Source: Escherichia coli (GTDB taxonomy: Bacteria; Pseudomonadota; Gammaproteobacteria; Enterobacterales; Enterobacteriaceae). From it: 64,000 nucleotides of DNA. The position numbers were made by a program, and so were the translations under genes. The notes below the pieces were generated by a model. It ran no database searches. It saw only the letters and a list, made by a program, of their open reading frames with translations, and was not told where the DNA came from. Positions 22,672-34,522 of this stretch are shown here, piece by piece (position 1 is the first letter of the stretch; each line of letters begins with the position of its first letter). Location of the stretch: NCBI RefSeq assembly GCF_041886205.1, contig NZ_CP169029.1; one strand, 5' to 3'.

Positions 22672-22709
22672 ATCCTGCGTGCTTCAATAAAATAAGGCTT
22701 ACAGAGAAC

Positions 22710-23228
22710 ATGGTAGATAAACGCGAATCCTATACAAAAGAAGACCTTCTTGCCTCTGGTCGCGGTGAACTGTTTGGCGCTAAAGGCCCGCAATTGCCAG
22801 CACCGAATATGCTGATGATGGACCGTGTGGTCAAAATGACCGAAACGGGTGGTAACTTCGACAAAGGGTATGTTGAAGCAGAACTGGATATCAATCCGGA
22901 TCTGTGGTTCTTCGGATGCCACTTCATTGGCGATCCGGTTATGCCGGGATGCCTGGGCCTGGACGCAATGTGGCAGCTGGTAGGGTTCTACCTCGGCTGG
23001 CTGGGCGGCGAAGGTAAAGGCCGCGCGCTGGGCGTTGGCGAAGTGAAATTCACTGGTCAGGTACTGCCGACAGCGAAAAAAGTGACCTACCGTATTCACT
23101 TTAAACGCATTGTTAATCGTCGTCTGATTATGGGTCTGGCAGATGGCGAAGTGCTGGTTGATGGTCGTCTGATCTATACCGCCAGCGACCTGAAAGTCGG
23201 TCTGTTCCAGGATACGTCTGCCTTCTGA
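22710..23228 (+). CDS. fabA: 3-hydroxydecanoyl-ACP dehydratase/isomerase FabA (172 aa)
   Basis: Track ORF 22512..23228; the known product starts at [30 protein letters not shown] (ATG at 22710). Confidence 0.95.
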
Positions 23229-23249
23229 TTATAATCAGACAGAGTATCA

Positions 23250-23286
23250 AAAGGCGAAACCTCCGCAATGCGGAGGTTTCTTTTTA
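23250..23286. terminator. Bidirectional intrinsic terminator between convergent fabA and rmf
   Basis: Stem AAACCTCCG-CAATG-CGGAGGTTT with T-tract downstream and A-tract upstream. Confidence 0.85.
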
Positions 23287-23297
23287 AAGAGACAGAA

Positions 23298-23465
23298 TCA
23301 GGCCATTACTACCCTGTCCGCCATGGCTTCTCGCCAGCCTCCCAGCCATTGTGACCTTTGATTCAGCGTCTGATAGGGACACATTTCTTTTGAGCGTCCG
23401 GCGATGCCGGCCTGATAACCACGTTGATGTGCCCGTTCCAGGCGATCTCGTTTTTGTCTCTTCAT
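23298..23465 (-). CDS. rmf: Ribosome modulation factor Rmf (55 aa)
   Basis: Reverse translation from ATG at 23465 gives MKRQKRDRLERAHQRGYQAGIAG...; below the 60-aa track cutoff. The track ORF 23284..23481 is in a different frame. Confidence 0.9.
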   Translation of the reverse strand: MKRQKRDRLERAHQRGYQAGIAGRSKEMCPYQTLNQRSQWLGGWREAMADRVVMA

Positions 23466-23720
23466 GCCTCGTTTCCCTCATACTGGTTTCTGGTGGAAAA
23501 GAAAACAGTGATTACTAAATGTGCAATCACAGTTAAGCAATACCCCGAATCATAACTGCCGTCAATGCGCAAAATTCACGCCACTGTCATATTTGTGAGC
23601 TACACGGGCATGTCAGTTGTACAAAAAATGTGAAGAGGAACAACTTTTTCCGCACGTTAGAAACAAAAAAACCGCCTCAGGCAACATACCGGAGACGGTT
23701 ATATTTACAAATCTTTATAA

Positions 23721-24284
23721 TTAAGGTAGACGCTTTATCTCTTGTGCAATGGAAGCGGCTTCCTGACTCCAGACACTGGCCAGCACTTTGACCATCTCAT
23801 CGTAACCATCCTGCGTTTGCACCCCTTCCAGACGGAACGGACGTTTGATCAGTTGTCCCTGGTGGTTCAACAGCCACTCCCCACTGACAATGACCTTGCC
23901 ATCATAGCGACCGTTAAACTCCGTTACGGTAACATTGAGCGTGTCCTGGGCGCTTCCCAGAGGCTGGGAGGCAACCACCCAGCCGGGCAGTTGCGTGCTC
24001 AGGTTGGCAACCAGGGTGTTGCGCAACTGTTGATCCAATGGGCTGGCCCACAAGTTGTTGTTGGCAATCACATACTTCACATCACTGGTTTGATAAACCA
24101 CACCATTCCCCGCCAGATAGTCAGGAACAGTGACCTGCTCTACCCATAACAGGCGATTACCCTGGCTGGCGGTACTTTGTGTACCGCTCTGCACCACAGG
24201 TAACTGGTAATAGTTTTTATTAATTTCGCCGGAGCTGCATCCGGCCAGCCACAGTGCTGCAATCGTCACTAGCCACTTTTTCAT
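23721..24284 (-). CDS. pqiC: Paraquat-inducible lipoprotein PqiC (YmbA), 187 aa
   Basis: Track ORF MKKWLVTIAALWLAGCSSGEINKNYYQ... with a lipobox LAGC. Confidence 0.9.
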   Translation of the reverse strand: MKKWLVTIAALWLAGCSSGEINKNYYQLPVVQSGTQSTASQGNRLLWVEQVTVPDYLAGNGVVYQTSDVKYVIANNNLWASPLDQQLRNTLVANLSTQLPGWVVASQPLGSAQDTLNVTVTEFNGRYDGKVIVSGEWLLNHQGQLIKRPFRLEGVQTQDGYDEMVKVLASVWSQEAASIAQEIKRLP

Positions 24285-25921
24285 TGTTTCGCCCTCTTCG
24301 GCTCTGGATCTTTTTTGTCCTTCGCTTCAAATACCAGCGCGTTACTCTTCTCATTGAGCGTTTTAAGCACCGGTTGCAGTTCTCGCAACACCTGATCAAG
24401 GCGCTGCATATCCGCCACCATCTTGTTGTAGGCTGCGGAGCCAGGCTGGAAGCCCTGCATGCTGCGATTCAATTCACGCAACGTTGACTGCATATCCGTC
24501 GGCAACTGCTGCATCGACTGGCTGGCGAGGATCTTGTTCATGCTATCCAGCGTCGTTTGCAGGTTTTTCATTGTGCGCTGACTTTCAGAAAGCGTACTGG
24601 TTGCCTGTTCAATCATCGGATTCAATGGCAGTTTGTTGATCTTATCCAACGCTTCCATCAGTCGTTGCTGGATTTGCGCCAGGCCGCCGCTCACGGTCGG
24701 GATAATCTGATAACCATTAAATTCACGAATACCGGTTATTGCAGGCGTATTTGGATAGAAATCGAGATCAACATACAGTGCGCCAGTGACCAGGTTTCCG
24801 GTTTTCAGCGATCCGCGTAAACCACGTTTCAACAATTCGCCAAGGTGCTCAACAACATCCGCATTTTCGCCAAGCTGCATTTTCAGCCGCTCTGGCTCGA
24901 TACGAATCAGTACCGGAATACGGTAATCATCGTTAAATGTCTGACGCATATTCGGCGCAAAGAATGGCACTTTGCTTACGGTACCCAGGCGAATACCCCG
25001 GAATTCTACCGGAGCTCCCGGTTGCAGACCGCGTACGGAATCTTTAAAGAACATCAGATAATCAATGTGATCGGTGTACAACGAATCCTGAATGCTCTTC
25101 TGATCATCATACAAAACGAAAGCTGTTTTCGGTGCCACTGGCTGCCCTAAATCCAGACCTTCCGGCACATCAAAGCTGACACCGCCACTCAGCAGCGTTG
25201 TCAATGAGCCCATCTCCACACGCATTCCCGCTGACGTCAGATCAACCGCAATGCCACTATCTTTCCAGAAGCGAACATTGCTGGTCACCAGTCGGTCATA
25301 AGGTGCATTGATGAACAGTTGATAACTGATATTGCGTTTTTGCGTATCGAAGGTGCTGGTTTCAACCGAACCTACCCGATAGCCACGGAACAGCACCGGA
25401 TCTCCTGGCGAGAGCTGCCCGGCTTTTTTGCTATCGAGAATCACACGGATACCTTTCGCATCAGGCGGGGCCAACGGTGGCGAGTCCAGCAAATCGTATT
25501 TATCCATTTTGCTGCCTTTCGCGCCTGGCTGCAGTTCGATATAAACCCCAGACAGCAGGGTTCCCAGACCGCTAATCCCTTCTCGACCAATCTGCGGTTT
25601 CACCACCCAAAAGACGGTATCTTTATGCAGCAATTTTTCCATACCGGAATTCAGCCGCGCTTTGATTTCAACGTGTGTCAAATCATCAGCCAGTGTGGCG
25701 CTTTCAACCACGCCGACGTCAACGCTACGGCTTTTAATGGTGGTTTTGCCACCTTCAATTCCTTCCGCATTCGCGGTGATCAGGGTCACTTCCGGTCCCT
25801 GATGGCTGTAATGATAAAAAAGAACCCAGGCCCCAATGAGCGCCGTGACGATAGGAAATATCCACACGGGAGACCAGTTCTTCACTTTCTGGATTTTGGC
25901 TTCCCCATTATTAGATTCCAT
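24281..25921 (-). CDS. pqiB: MCE-domain intermembrane transport protein PqiB (546 aa)
   Basis: Track ORF 24281..25981; the known product starts at MESNNGEAKIQKVKNWSPVWIF (ATG at 25921). Confidence 0.92.
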   Translation of the reverse strand: MESNNGEAKIQKVKNWSPVWIFPIVTALIGAWVLFYHYSHQGPEVTLITANAEGIEGGKTTIKSRSVDVGVVESATLADDLTHVEIKARLNSGMEKLLHKDTVFWVVKPQIGREGISGLGTLLSGVYIELQPGAKGSKMDKYDLLDSPPLAPPDAKGIRVILDSKKAGQLSPGDPVLFRGYRVGSVETSTFDTQKRNISYQLFINAPYDRLVTSNVRFWKDSGIAVDLTSAGMRVEMGSLTTLLSGGVSFDVPEGLDLGQPVAPKTAFVLYDDQKSIQDSLYTDHIDYLMFFKDSVRGLQPGAPVEFRGIRLGTVSKVPFFAPNMRQTFNDDYRIPVLIRIEPERLKMQLGENADVVEHLGELLKRGLRGSLKTGNLVTGALYVDLDFYPNTPAITGIREFNGYQIIPTVSGGLAQIQQRLMEALDKINKLPLNPMIEQATSTLSESQRTMKNLQTTLDSMNKILASQSMQQLPTDMQSTLRELNRSMQGFQPGSAAYNKMVADMQRLDQVLRELQPVLKTLNEKSNALVFEAKDKKDPEPKRAKQ

Positions 25922-25925
25922 ACTG

Positions 25926-27179
25926 TCAGGACTCCTCATGCTCTGATTCAGGTTGACGATCCCACGACAAACGCGGGTCAAACGTCATAGCAGAAAACAT
26001 TGTCATTATGACGACTAAAGCAAACATTAATGCACCCATTGCCGGATAAATACTCATTAAACCTCCCATACGCACCAGCGCCGAGAGCACCGCGATAACG
26101 AAAACGTCAATCATCGACCAGCGGCCTACAAACTCAACAACTTCATAAATCAAATGCATTCTTTCACTGTCGCGCTTGCCATGCCCTTTGGCATCCCAAC
26201 ACAGCCACGCGATGGCGATCATCTTTAACGTTGGCACCATAATACTGGCCAGAAAGATCACCGCAGCGACGGGATAAGAGCCTTCGCTCCATAACAGGAT
26301 GACCCCAGCGAGAATCGTCGATGGCATCTTCGAGCCTAATAAATCCGTCACCATGATGGGCAAAATATTAGCCGGAAGATACAGCATGATGGACGTAACA
26401 AGCAGCGCGAGTGTCCATTGCAGGCTGTTTCTACGTCGAACGTACCCTTTAGTACCACAGCGCGGGCACACGGGTTCATCAGCAGGAAGGATTGCCGTAC
26501 AACAGGAGCACGAACGCAGCCCCTGACGTATCCCCGTGACGCCTGGTTTTAGCGGCTGGCGCAGTTCTGGCATCGGGGCGATATCGTCCCATAACCAGCG
26601 ACGATCAACGCACTGAAAAGCACGCAGTTGCAGGACACAAAATAAACACCAGGGGAGAAAGCTGCTGCCTACGCCAATGCTGCCGTAAGCCATCAGTTTA
26701 ACGAAACTGACCAGCACACCCGCGAGGAAAATCTCCGCCATTCCCCAGGTTTTGAGTTGAAAAAGCACCCGTGCCAGTTGCTCTTTTAAACGGACCGGTA
26801 ATTCCGCGCGATTCACCAGTAACAGAATAGTTATCAGACAAAACGCGGGAACCAGTTGCACAAACAACAGGAAAAAGGTGCCGAGACTGGCGTAATCCTC
26901 AGAAAAAAGCACGCCGGGAATTTCCAGTAATGTAATTTCACTGGTAACTCCTGCAACGTTCATATTCACAAAAGGAAACAAGTTGGACAGCAACAGCATG
27001 AACAGTGCAGCCAACGCATAGGCGGTAGGACGCTGCCGGGGGGCATCCCACGCCACGGTTAACGTTGTGCCACACCGGGGACATGCCGCTTTCTGACCAT
27101 GCTCAAGGCGCGGTAACGCCACCAGCATGTCACACTGCGAGCACAGGATATGCTTCGCGGCATGATGATGTTCGCACAT
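25926..27179 (-). CDS. pqiA: Paraquat-inducible membrane protein PqiA (417 aa)
   Basis: Track ORF MCEHHHAAKHILCSQCDMLVALPRLEHGQKAACPRCG... matches PqiA. Confidence 0.92.
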   Translation of the reverse strand: MCEHHHAAKHILCSQCDMLVALPRLEHGQKAACPRCGTTLTVAWDAPRQRPTAYALAALFMLLLSNLFPFVNMNVAGVTSEITLLEIPGVLFSEDYASLGTFFLLFVQLVPAFCLITILLLVNRAELPVRLKEQLARVLFQLKTWGMAEIFLAGVLVSFVKLMAYGSIGVGSSFLPWCLFCVLQLRAFQCVDRRWLWDDIAPMPELRQPLKPGVTGIRQGLRSCSCCTAILPADEPVCPRCGTKGYVRRRNSLQWTLALLVTSIMLYLPANILPIMVTDLLGSKMPSTILAGVILLWSEGSYPVAAVIFLASIMVPTLKMIAIAWLCWDAKGHGKRDSERMHLIYEVVEFVGRWSMIDVFVIAVLSALVRMGGLMSIYPAMGALMFALVVIMTMFSAMTFDPRLSWDRQPESEHEES

Positions 27180-27308
27180 TGGTACTCCTTAATGATGCGC
27201 TATTTTACAGATGACTAACAAAGTGTTGGTTTTCATGCCCGATAAACCCAGTTCATCAGGCAATTTTACCGTTGTCAGCTGTCTCTGTTTAAATCGACTA
27301 TTTTGCGA

Positions 27309-29216
27309 TCAGCCACCATTTTTTAACGCTTCAAGATACTCCCAGCGTTCAAAGGCTTGCTCCAGCTCCTGCTCTGCAGCAGCCATATTAGCGAGCACTT
27401 TTTGTGTCTGCTCATGCGGCTGACTGAAGAAGGAAGCATCCGCCACCTGCGTCTGTAGGGCTTCCAGCTTCGCTTCCAAATCTTCAAGCAATTGCGGTAG
27501 CTGCTCCAGTTCGCGCTGCAATTTATAGCTTAGTTTGCTACTGCTGCGTTTTACAGTTTCTGCTTTTGGCACGGCGGCTTCTTCGCTTTTTTTCACCGCA
27601 GGCTGTTTGAGCGCCACATACTGTTCTTGCTGACCACGGGCATCATGATAACCGCCAACATAACGACCAATTTTACCGCCGCCTTCGAAGATCCAGCATT
27701 CTGTAACGGTGTTATCAACAAACTGACGATCGTGGCTTACCAGCAATACCGTGCCCTGGTAGCTGTCGATCAGTTCTTCCAGCAGTTCCAGCGTTTCGAC
27801 ATCAAGATCGTTGGTCGGTTCGTCAAGAATCAATAAGTTGCTTGGTTTGAGGAACAAACGCGCCAACAACAAGCGGTTACGCTCACCGCCAGAAAGCGCA
27901 CGTACCGGCGTCATCGCCCGTTTCGGATGGAACAGAAAGTCCTGCAAATAGCCCAATACGTGGCGTGGCTTGCCGTTAACCATCACCTCTTGCTTACCTT
28001 CGGCAAGGTTATCCATCACCGTTTTATCGGGATCCAGTTCCGCACGGTGCTGATCGAAATAAGCCACTTCCAGTTTGGTGCCAACGTGAATACGCCCGCT
28101 GTCCGCTTGAAGCTGACCGAGCATCAGTTTCAGCAGCGTGGTTTTGCCGCACCCATTCGGACCAATCAGGGCAATTTTGTCGCCACGTAGAACCTGGGCC
28201 GAAAAATCTTTCACCAGTTGCTTACCGTCAACCTGGTAGCAAACGTCTTCCATTTCGAAAACGATCTTACCGGAGCGGCTGGCCTCTTCCACCTGCATCT
28301 TTGCGGTACCCATCACTTCGCGACGTTCACCACGCTCGCGACGCATTGCTTTCAGGGCGCGTACGCGGCCTTCATTACGGGTACGGCGTGCTTTGATCCC
28401 CTGGCGGATCCACACCTCTTCCTGCGCCAGTTTGCGATCGAACTCGGCATTTTGTAGTTCTTCCACGCGCAGGGCTTCTTCTTTTTCCTGCAGGTACTGG
28501 TCGTAATTCCCCGGATAAGTCACCAGCTTGCCGCGATCGAGATCAACAATGCGCGTCGCCATATTGCGGATAAACGAACGGTCGTGGGAGATGAAAATAA
28601 TCGTCCCATTGAAGGTTTTAAGGAACCCTTCCAGCCAGTCGATGGTTTCGATATCCAGATGGTTAGTCGGTTCGTCCAGCAGCAATACGCGCGGATTGCT
28701 CACCAGCGCGCGTCCTAATGCCGCTTTACGCAACCAGCCGCCGGAAAGCGACGACAGCGCAACGTTAGGATCTAACCCCAGTTGCGCCAGCACTTCGTTG
28801 ATGCGGTTTTCCAGCTGCCACAGGTTGTGGTGATCCAGCTGTTCCTGAACCTTCGCCAGTTCGTTGAGATTTTTCTCGCTCGGGTCGTTCATCACCAGGC
28901 GCGAAATATCGTGATAGCGTTTCAGATATTCCGCTTGTTCTTCAATGCCTTCGGCAACGAAATCATAAACGCTACCCTCAACGTTACGCGGCGGATCCTG
29001 TTGCAGACGAGCTACAATCAAATCTTGCTCGTAAATAATGCGACCGTCATCCAGCCCTTGTTCACGGTTGAGGATTTTCATTAACGTCGATTTGCCTGCG
29101 CCGTTGCGGCCCACCAGACAAACACGTTCGTTATCTTCGATATGCAGTTCTGCGTTATCGAGAAGCGGCGCGTCGCTGAACGACAGCCATGCGCCATGCA
29201 TACTGATTAATGACAT
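27309..29216 (-). CDS. uup: ABC-F ATPase Uup (635 aa)
   Basis: Track ORF MSLISMHGAWLSFSDAPLLDNAELHIEDNERVCLVGRNGAGKST...; two ABC cassettes (Walker A GRNGAGKST and GPNGCGKTT). Confidence 0.95.
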   Translation of the reverse strand: MSLISMHGAWLSFSDAPLLDNAELHIEDNERVCLVGRNGAGKSTLMKILNREQGLDDGRIIYEQDLIVARLQQDPPRNVEGSVYDFVAEGIEEQAEYLKRYHDISRLVMNDPSEKNLNELAKVQEQLDHHNLWQLENRINEVLAQLGLDPNVALSSLSGGWLRKAALGRALVSNPRVLLLDEPTNHLDIETIDWLEGFLKTFNGTIIFISHDRSFIRNMATRIVDLDRGKLVTYPGNYDQYLQEKEEALRVEELQNAEFDRKLAQEEVWIRQGIKARRTRNEGRVRALKAMRRERGERREVMGTAKMQVEEASRSGKIVFEMEDVCYQVDGKQLVKDFSAQVLRGDKIALIGPNGCGKTTLLKLMLGQLQADSGRIHVGTKLEVAYFDQHRAELDPDKTVMDNLAEGKQEVMVNGKPRHVLGYLQDFLFHPKRAMTPVRALSGGERNRLLLARLFLKPSNLLILDEPTNDLDVETLELLEELIDSYQGTVLLVSHDRQFVDNTVTECWIFEGGGKIGRYVGGYHDARGQQEQYVALKQPAVKKSEEAAVPKAETVKRSSSKLSYKLQRELEQLPQLLEDLEAKLEALQTQVADASFFSQPHEQTQKVLANMAAAEQELEQAFERWEYLEALKNGG

Positions 29217-29227
29217 TACTATTCCTT

Positions 29228-31336
29228 TCAGGCTGCGGTAATCAGCCAGCAGTTGTGGATCTGGCGGTTACGGGCGAAATCCTGGGAGAGCGTTTTTTGC
29301 GTAATTTCTTGTGCTTTCAGTCCCAGTTTTGCCAGCCCGTCGAGATCCATACGGAAGCCACGTTTATTGTTCGAGAACATGATCGTCCCACCTGCACGCA
29401 GCAGACGTTTCAAATCTTTCATCAGCGCCAGATGATCGCGCTGAACATCAAACGCATCTTCCATTCGTTTTGAGTTAGAGAAGGTTGGCGGATCGATAAA
29501 GATCAGATCGAACTGTTCATTTGCCTCACGCAGCCACGCCAGGCAGTCGGCCTGAATCAGGCGATGCGCACGCCCGGTCAGGCCATTCAGACGCAGGTTG
29601 CGTTCTGCCCACTCCAGATAAGTACGCGACATATCCACGGTGGTGGTGCTGCGTGCACCGCCTAATCCCGCATGCACGGTGGCGCTGCCGGTATAAGAAA
29701 ACAGGTTGAGGAAATCTTTGCCTTTGCTCATCTGACCGAGCATACGGCGGGCGATACGGTGATCGAGGAACAGACCAGTATCGAGATAATCCGTCAGGTT
29801 CACCCACAAGTGAGCGTTATATTCGGTAACTTCAAGAAACTCGCCCTTCTCGCCCAGTTTCTGGTACTGGTTTTTGCCCTTCTGGCGTTCGCGGGTTTTC
29901 AGTACCAGTTTGTTTGGCGCAATCCCCAGTACCGAAATGGTTGCAGCGATAATATCGAACAGACGCTGACGCGCTTTGTGAGCATCAATAGTTTTTGGCG
30001 GTGCATACTCCTGCACCACCACCCAGTCGGCATAACGGTCAACGGCAACGTTATATTCCGGCAGATCGGCGTCATACAGGCGGTAACATTCAATCCCTTC
30101 CTGGCGAGCCCACTTCTCGAATTTTTTGAGGTTCTTACGCAGGCGGTTGGCGTAGTCTTCCGCTACCATCGCCGGTTTGCTGTCTGGAGTGCTTTCGGCA
30201 ACGTGGTAATTTTTCTGTACGCAGTCCAGCGGGCCGTTTTTCGCCTTGTACTGTTTGTCTGCACGCAGCTGCAAGCAGCTTAGCAGATCCGGCGAGGCAC
30301 TAAACAAAGAGAGATTCCAGCCACCAAACTGGTTTTTCATGATCCGACCCAGCAGGCTATGCAGCGCAATCAGCGCCGGTTCGCTGTCCAGACGTTCCCC
30401 GTATGGCGGGTTGCTCAACACTGTGCCGTACGGCCCTTTCGGCAGCGGATTGGTCAGTTGCGCGACATCTTTCACCTCAAAGGTGATCAGTTCACCAATC
30501 CCCGCAAGACGGGCGTTAGTGCGTGCACGTTGAATCACCCGTGCGTCGCTGTCCGAACCGTAAAAATGAGAGCTATACTCAGCCAGGCCTTTACGGGCGC
30601 GAGTTTGCGCTTCCGCTTTCACTTCCTGCCAGATAGCTTCATCATGCTGCGCCCAGCCGCTAAAGCCCCAACGCCCACGGTGCAAGCCTGGTGCGCGATC
30701 GGTCGCCAGCATCGCCGCTTCAATCAGCAACGTACCGGAACCACACATCGGATCGAGCAGCGGTGTTCCTGGCTGCCAGCCGGATCGCATCACAATAGCG
30801 GCTGCCAGGGTTTCTTTAATCGGCGCAATACCAGCACGATCGCGATAGCCACGCAGATGTAAACCATCACCACTGAGATCAAGGGCGATATTGGCGGTTT
30901 CTTTATGCAGCCAGACGTTAACGCGGATATCCGGCGCATCGCGATCAACATTTGGGCGCGGCAGATTTTTCCGCGTGAAAGCATCGACGATCGCGTCTTT
31001 CACTTTCATCGCGCCGTACTGACTGTTGCGGATGGTGTCATTCAAACCACTGAAGTGGACAGCGAAGGTCGCGCCAGGATTAAACATCTCTGTCCAGTTG
31101 ATCGCCTGAACACCGAGATAGAGGTCTAAATCGCTGTAAACCTTACACTCGCCCAGCGGCAACATAATACGCGAGGCCAGGCGGCTCCACATCAGGCTCT
31201 GGTAAACAAGCCGTGTGTCGCCCTTGAAATGGACCCCACCCTGAACCACCTGGCATTCAACGGCCCCCAGGTTTTCCAGTTCAGTTTTTAACAGCTCTTC
31301 CAGCCCACGGGCCGTACTGGCAAACAGAGAATTCAT
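29228..31336 (-). CDS. rlmL: Bifunctional 23S rRNA methyltransferase RlmKL (RlmL/YcbY), 702 aa
   Basis: Track [28 protein letters not shown]... matches RlmL; stop lies 11 nt upstream of the uup start, consistent with an rlmL-uup operon. Confidence 0.93.
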   Translation of the reverse strand: MNSLFASTARGLEELLKTELENLGAVECQVVQGGVHFKGDTRLVYQSLMWSRLASRIMLPLGECKVYSDLDLYLGVQAINWTEMFNPGATFAVHFSGLNDTIRNSQYGAMKVKDAIVDAFTRKNLPRPNVDRDAPDIRVNVWLHKETANIALDLSGDGLHLRGYRDRAGIAPIKETLAAAIVMRSGWQPGTPLLDPMCGSGTLLIEAAMLATDRAPGLHRGRWGFSGWAQHDEAIWQEVKAEAQTRARKGLAEYSSHFYGSDSDARVIQRARTNARLAGIGELITFEVKDVAQLTNPLPKGPYGTVLSNPPYGERLDSEPALIALHSLLGRIMKNQFGGWNLSLFSASPDLLSCLQLRADKQYKAKNGPLDCVQKNYHVAESTPDSKPAMVAEDYANRLRKNLKKFEKWARQEGIECYRLYDADLPEYNVAVDRYADWVVVQEYAPPKTIDAHKARQRLFDIIAATISVLGIAPNKLVLKTRERQKGKNQYQKLGEKGEFLEVTEYNAHLWVNLTDYLDTGLFLDHRIARRMLGQMSKGKDFLNLFSYTGSATVHAGLGGARSTTTVDMSRTYLEWAERNLRLNGLTGRAHRLIQADCLAWLREANEQFDLIFIDPPTFSNSKRMEDAFDVQRDHLALMKDLKRLLRAGGTIMFSNNKRGFRMDLDGLAKLGLKAQEITQKTLSQDFARNRQIHNCWLITAA

Positions 31337-31579
31337 ATCGTCACTTTTACTCTAAGAGCCTACCGCAGTAGGCGTAATTGTTGCAGTCAGTCTGGACATG
31401 GACAGCGCGGAGAAACCGGAGCGTACACAAGTACGTGAGGATTTCGAGCACTTCCCTGGGCCAAACTGACAAATAAAATAGCCTAATGGGACAGGCGCTA
31501 AGAAAATTGTTGCGCATTATAGCTAATAAGCGCGTCATGTCATAAAGTTGAGGGCTTATTTTCATTTGAGGACCGCACC

Positions 31580-32689
31580 GTGGTGACATTAACCCGGCTT
31601 TTTATTCATCCTGTTAAATCGATGCGCGGCATTGGTCTTACACATGCTCTGGCTGATGTCAGTGGTCTGGCCTTCGATCGCATCTTTATGATCACGGAAC
31701 CTGACGGTACGTTTATTACCGCTCGCCAGTTTCCCCAGATGGTACGGTTTACTCCTTCACCTGTGCATGATGGCTTGCATCTCACCGCACCAGATGGCAG
31801 TAGTGCATATGTTCGTTTTGCTGATTTCGCCACACAAGACGCACCAACCGAAGTTTGGGGCACACATTTTACCGCGCGAATTGCGCCAGACGCGATCAAC
31901 AAATGGTTAAGTGGGTTTTTCTCCCGCGAAGTGCAATTGCGCTGGGTGGGGCCACAAATGACGCGGCGCGTGAAACGCCACAACACTGTACCCCTGTCAT
32001 TTGCTGATGGCTATCCTTACCTTCTTGCTAACGAAGCCTCGTTACGTGATCTCCAACAACGTTGTCCGGCCAGTGTAAAAATGGAGCAATTCCGCCCCAA
32101 TCTGGTGGTTTCCGGCGCGTCAGCCTGGGAAGAAGATAGCTGGAAAGTGATTCGCATTGGTGATGTGGTGTTTGATGTGGTTAAACCTTGTAGCCGCTGT
32201 ATTTTCACCACCGTCAGCCCAGAAAAAGGGCAAAAACATCCGGCAGGCGAACCATTAAAAACGCTGCAATCTTTCCGCACTGCCCAGGATAACGGCGATG
32301 TCGATTTTGGTCAGAATTTAATTGCCCGTAATAGCGGCGTGATTCGCGTTGGCGATGAGGTGGAAATTCTGGCAACGGCACCGGCTAAAATTTACGGCGC
32401 AGCTGCCGCTGATGATACCGTCAACATCACGCAACAACCGGACGCCAATGTAGATATTGACTGGCAGGGTCAGGCATTTCGTGGAAATAACCAACAGGTG
32501 CTGCTGGAGCAATTAGAAAATCAGGGAATTCGTATCCCTTATTCTTGCCGCGCGGGCATTTGTGGAAGTTGCCGTGTTCAGCTTTTAGAAGGCGAAGTCA
32601 CGCCGCTGAAAAAATCAGCAATGGGCGATGATGGCACCATTCTTTGCTGTAGCTGTGTACCGAAGACTGCCCTTAAGCTGACGCGTTAG
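31580..32689 (+). CDS. ycbX: MOSC-domain plus 2Fe-2S ferredoxin protein YcbX (369 aa), GTG start
   Basis: Track [30 protein letters not shown]...; C-terminal CxxxxCxxC ferredoxin motif ([11 protein letters not shown]). Confidence 0.9.
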   Translation: MVTLTRLFIHPVKSMRGIGLTHALADVSGLAFDRIFMITEPDGTFITARQFPQMVRFTPSPVHDGLHLTAPDGSSAYVRFADFATQDAPTEVWGTHFTARIAPDAINKWLSGFFSREVQLRWVGPQMTRRVKRHNTVPLSFADGYPYLLANEASLRDLQQRCPASVKMEQFRPNLVVSGASAWEEDSWKVIRIGDVVFDVVKPCSRCIFTTVSPEKGQKHPAGEPLKTLQSFRTAQDNGDVDFGQNLIARNSGVIRVGDEVEILATAPAKIYGAAAADDTVNITQQPDANVDIDWQGQAFRGNNQQVLLEQLENQGIRIPYSCRAGICGSCRVQLLEGEVTPLKKSAMGDDGTILCCSCVPKTALKLTR

Positions 32690-33228
32690 ACTGCCTGTTC
32701 GAGGCTGAAGCTGTCAACATTCACCTGCGGTTTCAGCCTGTCGTTCATGATTTTAATGGCGTCGCCCAACTGCATCGCGCGACCCGCAATAACAACGCAG
32801 GGTTGCGCCAGCAGACATAGCGCGGCATTCTCGCCAGATTCAACGACCAGTAAATTCACTTGCTCGTTAGTGTCGCTCAACCAAACGCAGGCCGCATCGC
32901 CCGGCATTGGTGCCCACATTTCGCCATGGGAAACAAAATGCCAGCTTTTCGGCATTTGCGGTTTGAGATAACGAATTGCTACCAGTGCATTCAGCACCAG
33001 TTCGGCTTTTTGTTCTTTAGATAAATAAAAATCGCGGCACTTTTCTTCAAACGAGAAATAGAGCGCGGCATCGTCAACGCAAAAGCCTGCGGGAGAAAAG
33101 GCATCTGGAGTCAACATTTTGCGCGCAAAACGTGAGCGAAATAGCATACCATTGGCTAAATCGAGCATCATTCGATCGTGCTCTTCATCGTAATACCAAC
33201 GCCAGTTATCGTCTGGTTTAATTCGCAT
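32686..33228 (-). CDS. zapC: Cell-division protein ZapC (180 aa)
   Basis: Track ORF 32686..33264; the known product starts at [24 protein letters not shown] (ATG at 33228). Confidence 0.9.
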   Translation of the reverse strand: MRIKPDDNWRWYYDEEHDRMMLDLANGMLFRSRFARKMLTPDAFSPAGFCVDDAALYFSFEEKCRDFYLSKEQKAELVLNALVAIRYLKPQMPKSWHFVSHGEMWAPMPGDAACVWLSDTNEQVNLLVVESGENAALCLLAQPCVVIAGRAMQLGDAIKIMNDRLKPQVNVDSFSLEQAV

Positions 33229-33401
33229 CTGCCTCTCCCCTACCCTATAAAACCGCAGCAACACAATCCATTGTCGCTTCGCTTAATAACCTCAACAATA
33301 AAAGTACAAAATGTCTAAATAAGCAACAGCGATGAATATAAAACAACCAGGGCTGAAAATAAAGCCCTGATTATCTTATAAAGAGGAATTCGAAGAAATA
33401 A

Positions 33402-34412
33402 TTAGATATGGGTAACGATTTCTTTAATCAGCGGCGGACCTTTAAAAATAAAACCAGAATAAATTTGCACCAGTGAGGCACCCGCAGCAATCTTTTCACG
33501 CGCAGCGATAACCGAGTCGATGCCGCCAACCCCGATGATCGGTAAGCGACCGTTTAATTCCAGTGACAAGCGGCGAATAATTTCGGTGCTTTTTAACTGA
33601 AGCGGACGACCACTTAAGCCACCGGTTTGATCGCAATTTTTCATTCCCTGAACCAGAGAACGATCGAGTGTGGTATTGGTTGCAATAACGCCATCAATAT
33701 TATGGCGAACTAAACTATCGGCAACCTGGATCAATTCGTCTTCAGAAAGATCCGGCGCGATCTTCACTGCGATCGGCACATATTTATGGTGCATCGCTTG
33801 CAAATCATTTTGCTTATTTTTAATCGCGGTTAAGAGATCATCCAGCGCTTCACCATATTGCAGCGTGCGTAATCCTGGGGTATTCGGCGATGAAATATTG
33901 ATGGCGATATATCCCGCATAGGCATAGATTTTTTCCATACAAATCAGATAGTCATCTTTTCCCTGCTCCACTGGCGTATCTTTATTTTTGCCGATATTAA
34001 TACCCAGGACGCCGTCATAATGGGCCTTTTTTACGTTCTCTACGAGGTTATCAACGCCAAGATTATTAAAGCCCATACGGTTGATCAAACCTTCGGCATC
34101 TACCAGACGAAAGAGACGCGGCTTGTCATTACCTGGCTGTGGACGTGGCGTGACGGTACCGATCTCGATCGATCCAAATCCCATCGCGCCTAACGCATCA
34201 ATGCACTCCCCGTCTTTATCAAGACCGGCTGCCAGACCAAGCGGATTTTTAAACGTCAGGCCCATGCAGTTAACAGGTTTCGCAGGCACTTTCTGCCGCA
34301 CCAGTGCTTCAAACGGCGTTCCAGTAATGCGGCGTAATTGCTGAAAAGTAAACTCATGAGCGCGCTCTGGATCGAGCTGGAAAAGGGCTTTACGAACGAA
34401 GGGGTAGTACAT
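33402..34412 (-). CDS. pyrD: Dihydroorotate dehydrogenase (quinone), PyrD (336 aa)
   Basis: Track ORF 33402..34439; the known product starts at [28 protein letters not shown] (ATG at 34412). Confidence 0.95.
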   Translation of the reverse strand: MYYPFVRKALFQLDPERAHEFTFQQLRRITGTPFEALVRQKVPAKPVNCMGLTFKNPLGLAAGLDKDGECIDALGAMGFGSIEIGTVTPRPQPGNDKPRLFRLVDAEGLINRMGFNNLGVDNLVENVKKAHYDGVLGINIGKNKDTPVEQGKDDYLICMEKIYAYAGYIAINISSPNTPGLRTLQYGEALDDLLTAIKNKQNDLQAMHHKYVPIAVKIAPDLSEDELIQVADSLVRHNIDGVIATNTTLDRSLVQGMKNCDQTGGLSGRPLQLKSTEIIRRLSLELNGRLPIIGVGGIDSVIAAREKIAAGASLVQIYSGFIFKGPPLIKEIVTHI

Positions 34413-34498
34413 GAACTCTCCTGGATTCCCGGTGTGCAAACCGGGGGCGTATTATGTGCGAGTTCGGACCAAAAGGGAATTGACCTGCGGCAAAAAAA

Positions 34499-34514
34499 AC
34501 GCAAACGTTTTCCG
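34499..34514. promoter_or_regulatory. Putative PurR operator in the pyrD promoter (ACGCAAACGTTTTCCG)
   Basis: Matches the PurR box consensus ACGCAAACGTTTGCGT at 12-13 of 16 positions, about 90 nt upstream of the pyrD ATG; pyrD is a known PurR target. Confidence 0.7.
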
Positions 34515-34522
34515 AACCTGTT

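Noticed and set aside
23284-23481. 65-aa track ORF on the minus strand
   Set aside because: It is out of frame with rmf, which occupies the same DNA (23298..23465) and whose translation matches the ribosome modulation factor.
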